From an uncultured cyanobacterium (GTDB lineage: Bacteria; Cyanobacteriota; Cyanobacteriia; Cyanobacteriales; Nostocaceae): a stretch of 64,000 bases of DNA. Below, one piece after another: positions 62,731 to 64,000 of this stretch. The notes below the pieces were generated by a model. That model saw only the letters and a list, made by a program, of their open reading frames with translations. It was not told where the DNA came from and searched no databases. The stretch is from positions 4,480,001-4,544,000 of the forward strand of contig OY970166.1 in NCBI GenBank assembly GCA_963706595.1. Reading direction: 5' to 3'. Made by a program: the position numbers and the translations under genes. The stretch's first letter is position 1; every line of letters starts with the position of its first letter.

Positions 62731-63857
62731 CTATGTTTTGGTAGGGTGACTGTGAATACACTACCTCGCCCTAATTCAGAGGTAAGTGTAATTGTGCCAC
62801 CGTGTGCTTCTATAATTCGGCTCGATAGATGCAGACCTAAGCCACTACCAGACCGTTTATTTCTACCTTGGCGAAACCGTTCAAAAACAGTTGCTTGGTC
62901 TTCGGGCGCAATGCCATAACCAGTATCTGTAAGCTCAATGATGACGCTATCTTGACCCTGAGAATTAGCGGATTTTTCCCAAAGACAAACTTCGATACCG
63001 CCTGTATCTGTAAACTTGATGGCGTTGCCAATTAAGTTGTTAAATACGCGTCGCAGTTCTAGCGGATCGCCCATTACTACACCAGCATTTTCTTTCTGTA
63101 AATCTAACTTACTGGTATCTATTTTCAGAGCCAAGTTTTTCTCACTTGCAAGGGGAGTGAGTTCGCTACTGACTTCTTGAATTATTTCTGGTAGGTTGCA
63201 CACGTCATCGTTTAAAGTCTTTTTACCTGCCTCGAAGCGATAGACTTCTAAGAGGGTGTTTACCATTTGCATTAAGTTTTGATTACTGCGAATCATGACG
63301 GCGATCGCTTGTTTCATTTCTGGAGAAATTTCGCAGAAGGTTTCCTGTTGAAACAAGTCCAGCATCCGGTCAGCAGCCACTAGTGGGGTCCGCAAATCAT
63401 GAGTTAAACGCGAAACAAAATCTTCGCGCTGACGGGCCATTTTTTTTTGCTCATCTAAACTGTGTTTGAGGCGCAACAGCGATCGCACTCTGGCTAAAAG
63501 TTCATCTGTATCAAATGGTTTACGAATAAAATCATCTGCACCAGCATCCAACCCTTCAACTACACTGGATTGGTGAAAGGCAGTAATGAGCAGAATGGGA
63601 ATATAGCTGCCATTCAATTCCGGATTATTACGGATGCGTCGAGTCACTTCATAACCATCAATTCCTGGCATCATCACATCTAGTAAAATTAAATCGGGTG
63701 GAGATTGTTTAATTTGCTGCAAAGCTGTTAAACCATCTGCAACTAAGTCAATCTCATAACCCTCACTTTCGAGAATCGTCTGAACCAAAATCAGATTATC
63801 TCTAGTATCATCAACGGCGAGAATACGGTCAATTTTCGGCTTTTCTACAACAGACAT
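62721..63857 (-). CDS. Hybrid receiver-histidine kinase
   Basis: ILAVDD, LLDVMMP, THDLRTPL, NLIGNAIKFT, GSGLGL. Confidence 0.92.
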   Translation of the reverse strand: MSVVEKPKIDRILAVDDTRDNLILVQTILESEGYEIDLVADGLTALQQIKQSPPDLILLDVMMPGIDGYEVTRRIRNNPELNGSYIPILLITAFHQSSVVEGLDAGADDFIRKPFDTDELLARVRSLLRLKHSLDEQKKMARQREDFVSRLTHDLRTPLVAADRMLDLFQQETFCEISPEMKQAIAVMIRSNQNLMQMVNTLLEVYRFEAGKKTLNDDVCNLPEIIQEVSSELTPLASEKNLALKIDTSKLDLQKENAGVVMGDPLELRRVFNNLIGNAIKFTDTGGIEVCLWEKSANSQGQDSVIIELTDTGYGIAPEDQATVFERFRQGRNKRSGSGLGLHLSSRIIEAHGGTITLTSELGRGSVFTVTLPKHSSH

Positions 63858-64000
63858 GATTTATCAACGGTTTATGAGCATAATTTAGAGCTTGACATTG
63901 GGAAAACCCATCGATGCTTTACTGGATTTGGCAGGGGACTGGTGAGGGTTCTGAACAGAGTAAAAAATATCGTGTCCATCCAAATTGTCAGCTGCAAAAC

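Overview
Chromosomal window from a filamentous, probably heterocyst-forming (Nostocales-like) cyanobacterium. This assignment rests on frequent HIP1 (GCGATCGC) sites, heptameric STRR arrays and many REP/MITE-like palindromes. The housekeeping backbone includes nblS/hik33, purD, photolyase, eda, hisD, moeA, rpmG-rpsR-rnb, hemE and oligopeptidase B. Accessory elements are: (i) a polyprenyl-phosphoribose-type envelope cluster (7.7-11.3 kb); (ii) a cas-less CRISPR array of 19 identical 37-bp repeats with a structured leader (15.6-17.0 kb); (iii) a complete IS with 16-bp TIRs and a 6-bp TSD (20.3-21.8 kb); (iv) an AT-rich TIR-EAD / VMAP / MoxR / vWA ternary conflict locus. Its vWA protein carries an OAA-lectin-like insert, and its two FGE-sulfatase C-termini look like remote DGR variable regions (22.4-30.6 kb); (v) a four-gene operon of unknown protein + QatC/QueC-like enzyme + XRE-ImmA/IrrE + PIN (49.3-53.2 kb), which is the best candidate for an undescribed defence system. 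At least seven single-base frameshifts in unrelated genes suggest assembly indel errors rather than true pseudogenes. All family assignments come from motif recognition by eye; no searches were run.
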